From: Setoptus koraiensis
Lineage: Eukaryota > Animalia > Arthropoda
NCBI GenBank assembly: GCA_048013815.1
Contig: CM106585.1
Span: 6,882,001-6,946,000, forward strand
Length of the DNA: 64,000 nucleotides
Reading direction: 5' to 3'
Positions 1-12,205 of the stretch are shown here, piece after piece. Both the position numbers and the translations under genes were made by a program. Below the pieces are notes generated by a model, which worked only from the letters and a program-made list of their open reading frames with translations, was not told the origin of the DNA and searched no databases. The number at the start of each line of letters is the position of its first letter. Positions within the stretch are counted from its first letter, which is position 1.

Positions 1-585
1 GGTATCTTTTAATTCTTGTAGTTCCTCCTTGAGTTTCTCTAAAACAGAATCCTTATAATACAGCTTATCCTCGTTCTCCTTTGCGTGCCTGTTAATGTGA
101 AATGATACACCAGGTGGTATAGTTGTGTTGATAACTTCTATCAGGATAGGTAACTTTGTGACGGTGGCCTCTTTCATTTGTAGATTCCTCCCATACATCT
201 TGATTGTGTATGTTGAATCCTTTGCAGTGCTTCTTTCTTTGAACGTTTCTATTATCAAATCCTGGTGTGGGGTCGACCAAGCTCTGGTGACTATAAAACC
301 CATGTTGACCATTTTCTTGTGAAGGTAGCTTTGATACCTCTCAAGAGCTACGTAGTCGTAGCCTTTGATCTCTAGGTCGAGCAGGTCGTAGAAACCAACC
401 TGGGGTTTTAATTGTTTCAGGTAACCGGGTTCATGGAGGTCAGGTATATATCCCGAATCTTTTTTAGACTCAGAACACATGGCTCTGATTATGGTGCATG
501 ATTTATGAATCCTCGGCTGGCTGTTGAATGTGCTCACTTTTGTGAACAAAGTGTTGGATAGTATTTTTCTAATTGTTTGAGCCAT
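1..585 (-). CDS. mRpL48: 39S mitochondrial ribosomal protein L48 (S10-like fold); runs off the window start, 3' end missing
   Basis: Not in the ORF track because it has no stop in the window. Manual translation from ATG 585 gives an open frame to base 1: MAQTIRKILS...EPGYLKQLKPQVGFYDLLDLEIKGYDYVALERYQSYLHKK...MYGRNLQM...LEKLKEELQELKDT. The EP.YL..LKP, KGYDY..LE.YQ.Y.H and Y.RN.Q motifs match mRpL48, after a presequence-like N-terminus. Confidence 0.85.
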   Translation of the reverse strand, partial: MAQTIRKILSNTLFTKVSTFNSQPRIHKSCTIIRAMCSESKKDSGYIPDLHEPGYLKQLKPQVGFYDLLDLEIKGYDYVALERYQSYLHKKMVNMGFIVTRAWSTPHQDLIIETFKERSTAKDSTYTIKMYGRNLQMKEATVTKLPILIEVINTTIPPGVSFHINRHAKENEDKLYYKDSVLEKLKEELQELKDT

Positions 586-1083
586 TGACTTAGATCACAG
601 TTATTATGTTGATAAATATAAATATGGCTTGATGTTACAATTCCTCTAATGTTTGGTAAAGATCCAATCGAAAAGAAACTCGGTGCAATATACCTGTCAA
701 CATGTGACAAACCGCATGCACTAAATCTAATGTGATACGCGCGTGTTTTGAAGGGGCGCTCAGTTACGGACGTTCAATTACCATGTGAGAAGAAAAAAAA
801 AGAAGAAACGTAACACCGAGACATCTTAAGCATTTTGATGCATTTTTGGGTTGCTGCAAGCGCCCTCGCGTCTTTTTCTTAAACTGCATCCAGAAGTACT
901 GGCAAATCTACACACGGTACGAGGCTAAGACTTATAAGATTCGTCGAATAAATATTGATTTAAACTTTATGCTGTTTGTGTGGAATTGATAACGATACAA
1001 AGAAGTTACTGTTATTATCTATTCATTCTGTTTTATTGAGCTTAGCGACCCTCTCACAATTTGTTACTACCCGGTTGCTAGAA

Positions 1084-1836
1084 TCAATCTTCTTCCATAT
1101 CTTCTTCAGACTCTTCCTCGAAATCATCTTCAGACATTTCTTCCATATTGTCTCCAGACTCTTCTTCTGAGTCCTCTCCACTTCCATCCACTGTCGCCTC
1201 TTTGATCGGCTTTTTTGGCGTTTTATTCTTAAACGCCCAAATAACTTTCCCGTGAAAACTCGAGGACAGCATGAGCAGAGGCTGGAGTACCATTCTTGGG
1301 CCGATCTCTTCCAATTTTGATAGATCTGATTGATCTAAGATTTGATAATTCCTAAACCAAATGTGTTCATCCATGTAGCTGAAAGTGACAACTCTATCCA
1401 CGAAGGGCTGACTCTTAGGATGCTTGTATGGTACGTTAAATATCTGGAGAAACAGTTCTTTCACAAGTTTTAGATGGGGAACTTTATCGAAACTCTCGTC
1501 AAAGGTTAGAATTGGCCGAGATCCTTTGAGACTATTACCAGCGAATTTAATATCGGACATTGTATGCACTCCTTGAACAAGAAATTTGATAGATGGCCCA
1601 CCGTTCACATTTGAGGCCCACATGTACAATATTTTGCCTTTTCTGTTTTCAAAGTAGACACATTTGTCGCATTTATCCATAACACATATTTCGTTTAGAG
1701 CAGTAAGGGAGTCCTTCTTGTCGAACTTGCATTCTTTTTTGGAATGAGGTATTATCTGTCTAATATCCTGAGTTAGATGTCTATCTTGATGATTGACTCC
1801 GCGAGAGCACAGAACCAGTACGCGTGTTTTAGGCAT
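1084..1836 (-). CDS. BRX1: Ribosome biogenesis protein BRX1 (Brix domain), intronless, acidic tail
   Basis: Motifs RVLVLCSRG..H..RHL, LYMW.SN..GPS.KF, GN.LKGSRP.L.FD, HPKSQPFVDRV and IWFRNYQI...EIGPR. Confidence 0.95.
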   Translation of the reverse strand: MPKTRVLVLCSRGVNHQDRHLTQDIRQIIPHSKKECKFDKKDSLTALNEICVMDKCDKCVYFENRKGKILYMWASNVNGGPSIKFLVQGVHTMSDIKFAGNSLKGSRPILTFDESFDKVPHLKLVKELFLQIFNVPYKHPKSQPFVDRVVTFSYMDEHIWFRNYQILDQSDLSKLEEIGPRMVLQPLLMLSSSFHGKVIWAFKNKTPKKPIKEATVDGSGEDSEEESGDNMEEMSEDDFEEESEEDMEED

Positions 1837-2261
1837 TGTTCTATATAGAAATATGTTGACATCTGATGTGTATAATCAATTAAAAATTTTGGTAGGAATT
1901 TGAGATATTCAGCATCATACAATGGCTTGTAGAGAAAATTTCTAACTATTCGACTAGCATTACTACGAGTACTAGCCCACGTGCTCATGTTTGGATATAA
2001 TTCTAGCGTTTTCCGCAGTGGGGCGCACTACTAATCCACGCTTGAGCTGAAATGCTCCCATTATGTAAGAATTCACAAAAAAAATGTGCTAAATCACATG
2101 GTCTCAATTTCTTGGATGAACGGCTATGGGCTCATCAAGTACGATCTATTTTGTCATGTTCAAGTCGTGTCAAATGTCCAATTTAGATACCTGTTTACCC
2201 ACCGTCACATGTTAGCTCTAGATACAAGCGCAAAATTTTCCCACTAGACATATAAAACATC

Positions 2262-2765
2262 ATGGTCTTGCTCAAATGTACCCCTCACACTGACGATTTT
2301 CTTGAGACAGAGATTTCACCCGGGAGTAAGAGCGCTGAGAGGCCCTATATCTGGCTGGTCAGACCCTGTGAAAGGTATAAGGAAATGTATGACGATTGTG
2401 GAAGTATCACAGGCCGTTTTCAACAGTATTATATTTATGGCTACAACCTGGACTGCAGTAATCATTTAAACCATTATAATTTATGTAAACAATTTCGAAA
2501 ACAAAAAGATGCAAGCATATTGGATCCTATAATAAATGACGAATTGTTGGAAATAAAAAGAAGAACTCAATCAGTTTATGATAACAAAGCCTGGGAATTG
2601 AGGGAAAGCCCACCAGCTGATTTCAATGCTCCATTGCCGGAATTCATCGCTAAAAGGTCCAGCAGATTTTCACAATTTGAAGAAGACCGTCAAAAAAGGA
2701 AAACTCCACAATTCACTCTCTACCAAGATTTAGTTAACTTTATCAACACTACTATAAGAAAATGA
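2262..2765 (+). CDS. C22orf39: UPF0545 / C22orf39-like (PANTS) protein
   Basis: Cys pattern RPCERYKEMYDDC.SI.GRFQQYY.YG..LDC...Y..C, followed by W.LR.SPP.DFNAPLP. Confidence 0.8.
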   Translation: MVLLKCTPHTDDFLETEISPGSKSAERPYIWLVRPCERYKEMYDDCGSITGRFQQYYIYGYNLDCSNHLNHYNLCKQFRKQKDASILDPIINDELLEIKRRTQSVYDNKAWELRESPPADFNAPLPEFIAKRSSRFSQFEEDRQKRKTPQFTLYQDLVNFINTTIRK

Positions 2766-2974
2766 ATTAATAGCTAGACTCTGAGATAGAGGAGTTATAC
2801 CTAAAATTCATCCACAGAAATTCTCAAAGTCAATAAACGCAGAAGTAAAACTTGCCCACATAGACCAGTCGAAATAGTATTGAAGAGCTAGATCATTGCG
2901 AAAAACTTTAGTATCTATCATTTATCCTTTTGCGGACCATTGCAATTTTAGCCATTCTCAAAGCAGCAACCGAC

Positions 2975-4543
2975 ATGCAAGCCTCAAAAAGATTTTTGGT
3001 GGTAATAGCCATGTTTACTTGGTTTGTCATTGTTCTTATCATTTTGATGTCCAATAGTGCCAAAAGAAAATCGATCAATGATATGACGACGCTCAGCTAT
3101 AATCAACTCCTTGATGAATCTAGACAACTCCTTTGTGATAATAATGTGTCGAGGCCTAGTCAAGATGAGATTTTTCAATCATACTGGAATCAATCTAGGA
3201 AATCAATTTACAAGCCAAAATTACACAAGTTGAAATTCTTCAGACAAACAAAGCAACATTTTTCAAACGAACACTTCAAAACTTTATTAGATGTCATCAC
3301 TCAACCAGATGCCCCAAAAGAATCTCCTGAAAAGAAACTACTGCCTAACTTCGTAAGCAATGCTACTCTTCTGGCGATCAATCAATATGTTAGAGATAAA
3401 GTTGCTACGAGTCCTATGGATAATATTTATGACTTTAAATCTTGTCGCATGAGCACATGCTTTGATTACGCAAAATGTAATAGAAGTAAGGGTTTGAGAG
3501 TTCATCTCGTGCCAACAATTAAATCCCACAGTTACAGCAGACCCACAACAGTTCCTGTAGATTCGTTTAATGTTAGCTCTGCAAACAGTTTGATATATGC
3601 AAGAGTACTTGATGTTATAAGGGGATCGAGTTACTACGAACCAGATGCTAATAAGGCCTGTTTATACGTACCAGAGTCTCACACGCTTGACAGAGACCCA
3701 TTGAGTGCTAGTTTTCAGATTGGCTTGAATAACATGATAGGAAAACACAACAATTATGGGCTTAATTATGTTATATTCAATCTGTTTTCTGGATCCTGGC
3801 CAGATTATCATGAGGATGACTATTCTGGACTAAAAATTGGTGCCTCAATTCTAGCAAAAGCATCCATCAGTCATTTGAACTATCGTCCTGGTTTTGATAT
3901 ATCACTGCCACTGTTTAATATATCGCACCCAACATACAACATGGAATTATCAAGTAATCAGGATCTCAAGAGTGTAGCAAAGAAATATCTTCTTTCTTTT
4001 AAAGGCAAACGCTACACTATTGGCAATGGAAGCGAAACTAGGAACTCTTTGTTTCACTTGCATAATGACAGAGATGTCATTATGCTCACCACGTGCCGAC
4101 ATGGAAAACGTTGGCGAGAATTGAAAGATCGAAGATGTGATGAGGATAATCGTGCATATGATAGTTTTGATTATCGACAGTTAATGCGACAGTCCTCGTT
4201 CTGCCTCATACCCCGAGGCCGCAGGTTGGGGAGTTATAGATTTTTAGAGGCACTAAGCAATGATTGTATTCCGGTTGTTCTAAGCAACGGTTGGATTAAG
4301 CCGTTCGAGTCCCTGATAGACTGGTCCAAATGTGTCATTCAAATAGATGAGAGACTGGTGTTACAAGTGCCTGATCTTCTCAGGGGCCTGAGTGTCGGAA
4401 TGATAGAGAACACGCGAAAGGAATGTAACAAAATCTATTTCAGACACTTCTCCTCCATAGAGCAAATAGTAATGTCTACTTTCAATATATTGGAAAAACG
4501 CCTGCAGTTCATGTTGAGCAATGATAACCGACGGCATGATTGA
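2975..4543 (+). CDS. EXT1: Exostosin-1 (tout-velu) orthologue, GT47 domain only, 522 aa, intronless
   Basis: First ATG at 2975 (the track starts at a TTG, 2930). N-terminal TM anchor. EXT1-specific motifs CRMSTCFD, IFNLFSGSWPDY, FKGKRY..G.GSETRNSLFHLHN, TTCRHGK.W, FCL.PRGRRLGSYRFLEAL and CIPVVLSNGW. AATAAA at 4731. Confidence 0.92.
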   Translation: MQASKRFLVVIAMFTWFVIVLIILMSNSAKRKSINDMTTLSYNQLLDESRQLLCDNNVSRPSQDEIFQSYWNQSRKSIYKPKLHKLKFFRQTKQHFSNEHFKTLLDVITQPDAPKESPEKKLLPNFVSNATLLAINQYVRDKVATSPMDNIYDFKSCRMSTCFDYAKCNRSKGLRVHLVPTIKSHSYSRPTTVPVDSFNVSSANSLIYARVLDVIRGSSYYEPDANKACLYVPESHTLDRDPLSASFQIGLNNMIGKHNNYGLNYVIFNLFSGSWPDYHEDDYSGLKIGASILAKASISHLNYRPGFDISLPLFNISHPTYNMELSSNQDLKSVAKKYLLSFKGKRYTIGNGSETRNSLFHLHNDRDVIMLTTCRHGKRWRELKDRRCDEDNRAYDSFDYRQLMRQSSFCLIPRGRRLGSYRFLEALSNDCIPVVLSNGWIKPFESLIDWSKCVIQIDERLVLQVPDLLRGLSVGMIENTRKECNKIYFRHFSSIEQIVMSTFNILEKRLQFMLSNDNRRHD

Positions 4544-5208
4544 GATTTGTGTTAATAGGGCCATGACTCTTCTCACTATAGTTTTCACAACAATAGGTCA
4601 GCCTATCACCTCAACCTATTAACTGTCTTTATGTCGTCCGATGTATGTTAGCTAAAAAACGAACTAGATGTGAGTTATGCTAAGCTAAAAAAATTGATTA
4701 AATAGTTATGAGAAGTGTATGGTATGAATGAATAAAGATTTATGTTAGTTAGCGCATCATAAATCCCAACTTATCTACTAGAGCCAATTTACAAGTTTGA
4801 TACATGAAGGGACTGTTTATTGGCCATCATTTTTTGAAAAGACTTTTATTGCGATGTCAATGTCAATTGGGCAACGAATTAATCCACTGCAAATTGATCA
4901 AGCGATAACCTCCAGTAGCAACGTATTTATACTGCCTTACGATGAATTATTTGTATAGGCAATATAAAGTCCAAAGGTAATTACAAGCCTTAGTGGTTGA
5001 TGTCACGTCAATTGTTACACATTCGATTTGAACTGTTGAAAAAAAATCTCTATAAAGGTGCATATATTATCGAACAACTCCAGATACGTTTCACAATAAG
5101 TTATGTAAGACAATGATGCTATGTGTGTAGCCAATCTACGGTTATAGTTGTTATTTATTTGTATCATATTCTATAGAAAGAGAATAGCACTTAAGCAAAC
5201 CCCCGAAG

Positions 5209-7371
5209 ATGAATACTCTATTCAGACAATTTAATTCGACAATCTCTTCGTTCATTGCATGTGTCATGATGATTGTCATTATGGTTCAGTATATCGCCCA
5301 CGGTATAAATTCCAGTACCGATCAAATACTTTCACTGCGATCAACGAAACCAAAAACAAAAAATTCAGAGTCGGACTTTCAAGAGATTCTATCGAATATC
5401 GACAAAGGACTCTATCAAAGATATATCACGAGAAACAACAGATTTTTGAATCATTCAGTTGGATCAGACAGTCTAGATTACTCAATAATACCTTGTTTGC
5501 TTAGTTCCGAACCAGTATCAGCCACGAAGTTCAAGCTTGACATCTTTTACTTTCGTATAGATCCTGGTGATGATAAAAACTACAAGCGTCAACCTGATTT
5601 TATTTTCTCAAACAACTACAGTTTGTCAGACATCAGCAAAGCGAACATAGATCTAAATTTACCAACAACTATAATAACACACGGATTCAATGATGGTCAG
5701 TTATAATTTCAATATGTCAATCACATCACTATAACTATTAGCATTAGGTGTAGCTAATGATTTAATTTGACATTCTGCATATCGCTGCTAGGTTGGCCCG
5801 GTTTTGACAATTGGCTACAAGTCATTAAGGAAATTCGAGTCAAGCGCGCCTTTAAGAAAAGTAACTTGTTCTTTTTTATCTGGAAAGTGCCAGATTTTAT
5901 TCAAAGAAACAACTATTTTGTTCGATATGGTAGGATAGTCAACAGTTTAAGAAATTTAAGTTACTATTTAGGAGAATTTATCAATCATTTATTTAATAAA
6001 TCTGCACAAAATTGCAGCAGTTTTGATTCAGTGGAGTTAATGGGACATAGTCTAGGCGCTCACATCGTTGGTCTTAGTGCTCGATATGTCAAACATGTTT
6101 CAAAAAAGAAGATTGGACGATTAATAGCATTAGGTGATTAATTGGCTCAATTGATTTCACTTTAACAACCTTTATACATACATTACAATACTTGGATTTC
6201 CTCCCCTCTAACCTATAACTCTCCTGCTTTGTAATCAGATCCCGCCCTGCCTTGTTTCAGGGAAATGAAAACAACGCTTGACAAAGATGACGTTACTTAC
6301 CTCAAAACCACCCACACCAATGCAGGTCTAGAGGGTATGGCATCAAAAAGTTCAAACATAGATATAATTGTTAATGGAGGTACATTGCAACCAGGTAGGT
6401 CTATGACATGTATGACGCCAGTTGATCTCGCGTAGACTAGTTTGCGTCAGCCTAAAACCTTAAAACTCTTGTCCATCGTTTAAACAAACGCACAAATAGG
6501 ATGTGGTTATGATTCAACTTGTTCTCATGGTTTAGCTAGATTAATTTACAATTATGTAGACGATCAGTGTCAAATGGTGGCTTATAGATGCGCCACTTAT
6601 GACCAATTCAAATTAGGAGCTTGTAATTCATGTGACAATTCATCTGTCAACAGTATTTCAGTCAACTTCCCCGAACAGACTAGCCAAGAGCATTCACATG
6701 GTTATAATGCAACCACAATGGAGCATTTAAATCAGGGTGGTCATAGTTACTATGTTGACACAAGTCCAATTCAACAAGCAAATGATACTCTTTGTTTGCA
6801 ACATTACCAGATAAGATTGTTGCTCGTGAGTAATGAGGATGACAGAGGAACGAGAAAGTGTCGCTCACTGATAAGACAGTTCTCTCGAAGGAGACTGGAT
6901 ATTTATCTTAGTGGCAATGATTCGGAACCGGCCAAAGCAGTTCAATTGAACTCCATAAAATCTGGACAACTTTTCACCGGATTGTTAACGTTCCCCGGCC
7001 CACCAAAGAAATTTTCGCTTGGCCTTATGCCGGACGTAAGACAGAGAAGAATCGATAGAGAGTGTTTCGTCGTTGTAGATGTAGAGTTTATGAGTGACAC
7101 CAAGTCGCAAAATCGAGCAAGATATTCTTCTTTACTAACGGACAAAACATGGAACTCGCCATATGCCGATGATGAAATGATAATTGCTCTGACTGAGGTG
7201 ACATCCAGAGATATGTATAGTGCGGCAGGCACCAACGACACATGCCATGCGATTGGCAGCTTTATTGACCCCATAATCCAATCGAAAGCCAATGTTTTTA
7301 ACAAAGGCACATATGAAACTTCATTGATAGCAAGAATTATTTCATTTCTATTATTTTTTGTCCCAAGTTAA
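5209..7371 (+). CDS. Pancreatic-lipase/vitellogenin-family lipase, 618 aa; exons 5209-5695, 5792-6133, 6239-6394, 6500-7371
   Basis: Three GT-AG introns join in phase (1857 nt). Motifs TTIITHGF, GHSLGAH (nucleophile Ser), ALDPA (Asp), HTN, D...NGG..QPGC and CSH (His). Hydrophobic N- and C-termini. Confidence 0.88.
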
Positions 7372-7630
7372 CAACGCATCTACATGATGACGAGTCGATT
7401 GTTTGGAAAAATTTCCCATTGGTTTATCCGGTCTCAAATGAATATTTGGCAGACAATGTTTAAGACATGCGAGGACTGAAAACTCAAACTAAAAACGACA
7501 TAAGAGCTACAAGACAATGCTGCAGCGATTTAGATAAATTCAATAAGATAAATATTGGCATCGGCGCTTTATAGATTGCCATCTAGCGATAAAAATAATT
7601 TATTATACAGGCAACACTTGATCATTTCAT

Positions 7631-9772
7631 TCAAGGCTGACATTCTCTATAGTGTTGAGCTTTAGAATCAATATTAAAACCATATCTGGATAATTTGCTA
7701 TCCAAATCGTACACGGTATAAATGTATTCTCTTTGTCTTATTTCATATTCGTCGAGCGTTTTGCTCAACTCTCTTTGCCTACTTATTCCAGCAAGTATCT
7801 CAGTAGCGATCTGGTGGACGTCTGCCCTTAGTTTGGCAACTCTGTCTTCTATACCGGCATTACGATGGACTTTGCTGATTAGACTCTTTTCGGTTATTAT
7901 AATTTTGTCTGAGATATCATTTATTGTTCCATTAAAAGTATCATCTGTTAATCTAAATGCATCTTGAACAATCTTATTGGCTTGTGAAGCATACAACTCA
8001 TTTTTCTCATTTAGTCTTTCTATTGAATAAATGTCTCGTTGCAAACCCAATACTATTTCATGTGAATTTTTAATGCTAACTGTTGAAAGACTTTTGTCCG
8101 ACTCAACTATTATCATATCGTTTGGAATATCTTCTTTCACAATATCGATTAATTGCTGATGACTATTATAATGTTTGTATACTTTTGATTGTTCGTCGGA
8201 TACTATTTGCTCAATGCCGCTACTAAAATTGACACATTTGTTCAAAAAGTCATCTGCTATTTGTTGAATAGTGCCAGCTTGTCTGGATAAACTTTGGGTA
8301 AGCTGTGCGTTATTGCTGGCATTTTCTAGTGAAATTCGAGTTACACGTTGAGTCAGTTCAGATGTGGCTGTTTTCACGTTTACAACAACTTCCGGGATGT
8401 CTTCCATTAGAGTCGTTTGTAATGATAGGCATTCGTCTGCCATAAGCTTAACTTGGCTTGGCATGGAATGATAATCTTCAACATAGATGCCACTTAACAT
8501 TGTTCTTTTCATATCCTCGTAGGCATCATGAGAATAACTTTGACAAGTCTGACAGTGCTTGAAGGCATCAATGGAACTTTTGTGCGTTAGTTTGGTGGCG
8601 TTCAGAAAGTCATTCAATTCGCGTAACATAGTTCCTAACATCATATACTTAGAACTAACTGAGACGATAGATTCAGTTGCCATGTTCAATGCTTGGCTGG
8701 CCATTGTTGAAGCGCCTGAACACATTGAATTATCAGAAGATGAATTATCATGAAAAGAATTAACAACGCTTTGAAGGTTATAGATACAATGTAAAACTAT
8801 AGGAAATCATCAATATGTCTGCAGTGGATTAATGACACGAGACTCACCGCACTTTGTATTCTCTTGAACGTCTGACTCCAACTTCGAGACTTGTTCTGTG
8901 AATCGGTCAAACGATGTATCATTCAAAAGACTACTGCTGGTAGAATAGTTTTCGATATTAGACAGTATATTTTCAGTTTTCTGGTGCCTGTTTTGCGACG
9001 CTAGTAAATGAGTTTTGAAATCCTTAGTCTCGAGCAATGATTCGTTGCTCATTGTTAGAGATGTCGATAAGCTCTCAGAGGCTTCTTCGAAGGAGAAACT
9101 ATGCAAATCTGAGGAATTCAGTTTATTATTATTAAGGTTATGATCGCCTAACAATAGATGATTCTTCTTCCTAAAATCATCGAGTGTCATATTGATCACA
9201 TGTATTCTATCCATCAACTTGTTTATATTTGTTTCGTAATCGGCAATAGTTCCTTGAATTGTTTCTAGTCTTTCAATTGCATCATGTTCCCTATGACGAT
9301 TCTCGAGGTGAAAATGATTATCTTTCGTCATTCTTTTATTAATCTGCAATTCGATTTTGTCTAGCTCGTCGAACACACTGACAATACCTCTCTTTTTAGA
9401 TCCTATTGATAGTTGCGAATACATCAAGTCGTTGTTGTAAAGTAACGATTTTGATTTTAACTTCATACTCTGAGTCTTGTTATGCAACTCTTTAAAACAT
9501 ACAATGCACATAGAACAAGTGGCCGCTTTATTGTTACATTGATTGTCGTTCTTTTCGTCTGATAACGAGTCTCGACAATTACATTTTTGTTGATTTGTCT
9601 TGTTATTTCTCACGTTGACGTTTTGTTTAATCGGTGCAAAATTGTTGCTTTCGCTGCTCTCGTACAACTCATCCAAAACTGGTGATATGCTGTGCTCAAC
9701 AAGTTGGCCACGAATGATAAAGCCATCAATATTGAATAACACCAAAATGAGGCAGTATTTACATGAATTCAT
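7631..9772 (-). CDS. Secreted coiled-coil protein resembling the laminin beta-chain rod without LN/LE domains, 696 aa; exons 9772-8848 and 8796-7631
   Basis: A 51-nt GTGAGT..TAG intron (8847-8797) joins the two track ORFs in phase. Signal-like N-terminus, CNC..QC..CSMCIVCF motif, long heptads, and C-terminus KAQHYRECQP resembling laminin-beta ends. Confidence 0.65.
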
Positions 9773-10903
9773 TTTTTATCTTACAAACATTTGCACTATG
9801 ATTGCATACCATCGAAAGAAAGTTTGCCAATTCCTTTGCAACTTTCAGAATACATTACAAGATGATATGTTATATTAATACATTTGCACTCGTCGAGCTA
9901 GCTTGCCATTTCAATGGATCATTTGTGCAACTTTGCTGTTTGCTTGCTCCCTCAGTTACTTTCAGTCTCCCACTCCCACCGCAGACCATATATGTCATTT
10001 ACGGAGGGGCGGGCCGAACAAAACTATCAAATAGATCAGGGATAGCTTCGGGGGAGGCGGGAGGGGAGGACTGGATGAGACTGTCCGCTTTGGTGAGGGT
10101 AAGGGTAACAATTTGTCACTAACAAGTAAAACAAAAAAGTTTTTGAAAAAAGTAATCAAGTCTGATAGATACTCCACCGCTAGGGGTATCCTATCAAGAT
10201 AGAGCTCAAGTACTCCTATTTCCTTGCCATGCTCTCGCACCAATTGAACATGAAACGAATAAATCACAAATATCACCTCTGCGTTGCTGCAAATCATCCA
10301 ACCATTGTCTTATATAACTTATTGCAAAACTAATCTAAGGTTGAAAGACGATCTATATAATTGATTAATAATAGATTTTTTCTTACTAAATCGAATCAAA
10401 TGTGTAATTCATGCAAGGTTCACTGCTCTAACTTTGGGCTCTTTATTGTTTATACAAATATTTCGTCGTTTGGCAGTATAAATATGTTGCCTTTGAAGGC
10501 TACCGCTCGATTAGTTGACAGTGGATCAATTCGTTCCTATTTAACATTGGCATCGCATTCAAATTTTTTTCAATAATGGATGGCCAATAAACAATCCGGC
10601 TATGTATCCAATATTTTTTGTTGTTAATTGACTCTATTACTAATAGACAAGTTGGAATTTATGATGTGCTAACTGATGCTTTATTCATCCATACTTCTTA
10701 TAACTATTTAATCGAACTCTCAGCTTAGCATGACTTACATCCAATTCTTCTTTTAGCTAACTCACATTGTAGGACACAAAGACAATTATCAAGTTGAGAT
10801 GATTGGCTGGCTTATTAATGTGACAACAAACTCTTGGGGCAGATTTTGTGGTCATAGTGGGAAGAGTAATCACCCTATCAACGAATCTCAATCATGTTGT
10901 TAG

Positions 10904-12205
10904 TTAGATTAATGGTGAGGGTAAGTTTGAAGCACCTTTGGTTGTTTTGACATGCAACTCAACTGACACATCAACTGCCTGGCAACTATCTAAAAAATCA
11001 AGCAAGCTTGTGGCCGCGCTCTTTTTAAGTTGCTTGATGAAGCTATGTGTGAGCAATTGTGAAGCAGTGGGTCTCTTCTGTGGATCAAAATTCAAACATA
11101 GGTCCGATGTGAAAGTGTGAAAAGAATTACTGAAGTGTCTCGCTCGGAATACATAGTATTTCTCTCTATCTTCCTCAAACATTTCTGAAGGGTCCAGGTT
11201 GACTAGCTCGCGACAGGTAAAATCGAGTAAACGCGGAGAATTGCCAGTTAATTTATCTAGGAGCATCTCAGTAGGTTGCATATCATTAAAAGGAACAACA
11301 CCATTGGCCAACTCGCAACATGTTGTACCCAAACTGTAAATGTCCGATCTGTAATTATAACCGTAAAGATTCTGTTCTAATAGTTCGGGTGAGAACCAAT
11401 TTAGGTTCGCTTTGGCTTTGGGTGGGTACTGGTGTATATATGGTTGCCAGCGACCGTCACTAATGCAATTGATTGAATATTTAAGTCCACTCAATAGACA
11501 GCGTCCTATGGGATTGACTAATATGTGAGAGGCTCTCACTGAGCGGTGTATAAGGCCGCGTTGATGTAAATATTCTAATGCGCTAAGTACATCTCTTATA
11601 ATAAAGGCTATGGCCAATTCGGGCAAACCAAACGGTTTAGCTAAACGATCCGCTGACGTGTAAGGACAAAATGGCGTTATAATCCATAACTGATCCGAAT
11701 GGATAAAGTTGAATAGATAGGGGAGTAAATTCTTATGTCTTAATTGACTACAAGTTCTTAATTCGTGTTGTACAAGCTCATAGTCGGTTTCATCGAGCTT
11801 GTCTAAATGTATTAATTTAATTGAGAATAGATGATTGCGGGTAATTTTATCACATGCAACAAACACGTCAGGATCTAAGGGTTTCAACAGATGAAAATCA
11901 CTAGGTGTTGTCATATTTCTTGCCACTGTAGACAATTGCTGTTGGAATAATAATTCCTGTTGTTGTTGTATTAATTGATGATGTCCTAAACTGGAAGACG
12001 TTGACTTAGATGATAAACGAGCCGATCTGAATGACTCGCGTATGACATTTCTAACACTGGCCCCGAGGCCCGATCTTAGATTCTTTTTAAGACCAGAGGT
12101 TTTTTTGTTTGAGTGATGCTGCTGTTGATTGGAATTGGGTGTCAGTAGATTCTCGGATGCCGCTGATGTGGATGGTGAGCTACTGTTGTAGTCTCGCGCT
12201 TCCAT
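10904..12205 (-). CDS. STRAD: STE20-related kinase adapter pseudokinase (STRAD/Stlk), intronless
   Basis: Kinase fold with STRAD-type degenerate motifs: IHRSVRASHIL instead of HRD, LSGLKY instead of DFG, NLNWFSPELLEQNLYGY, SDIYSLG and GVVPF.DM.PTEMLL.KL.G. Confidence 0.93.
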   Translation of the reverse strand: MEARDYNSSSPSTSAASENLLTPNSNQQQHHSNKKTSGLKKNLRSGLGASVRNVIRESFRSARLSSKSTSSSLGHHQLIQQQQELLFQQQLSTVARNMTTPSDFHLLKPLDPDVFVACDKITRNHLFSIKLIHLDKLDETDYELVQHELRTCSQLRHKNLLPYLFNFIHSDQLWIITPFCPYTSADRLAKPFGLPELAIAFIIRDVLSALEYLHQRGLIHRSVRASHILVNPIGRCLLSGLKYSINCISDGRWQPYIHQYPPKAKANLNWFSPELLEQNLYGYNYRSDIYSLGTTCCELANGVVPFNDMQPTEMLLDKLTGNSPRLLDFTCRELVNLDPSEMFEEDREKYYVFRARHFSNSFHTFTSDLCLNFDPQKRPTASQLLTHSFIKQLKKSAATSLLDFLDSCQAVDVSVELHVKTTKGASNLPSPLI

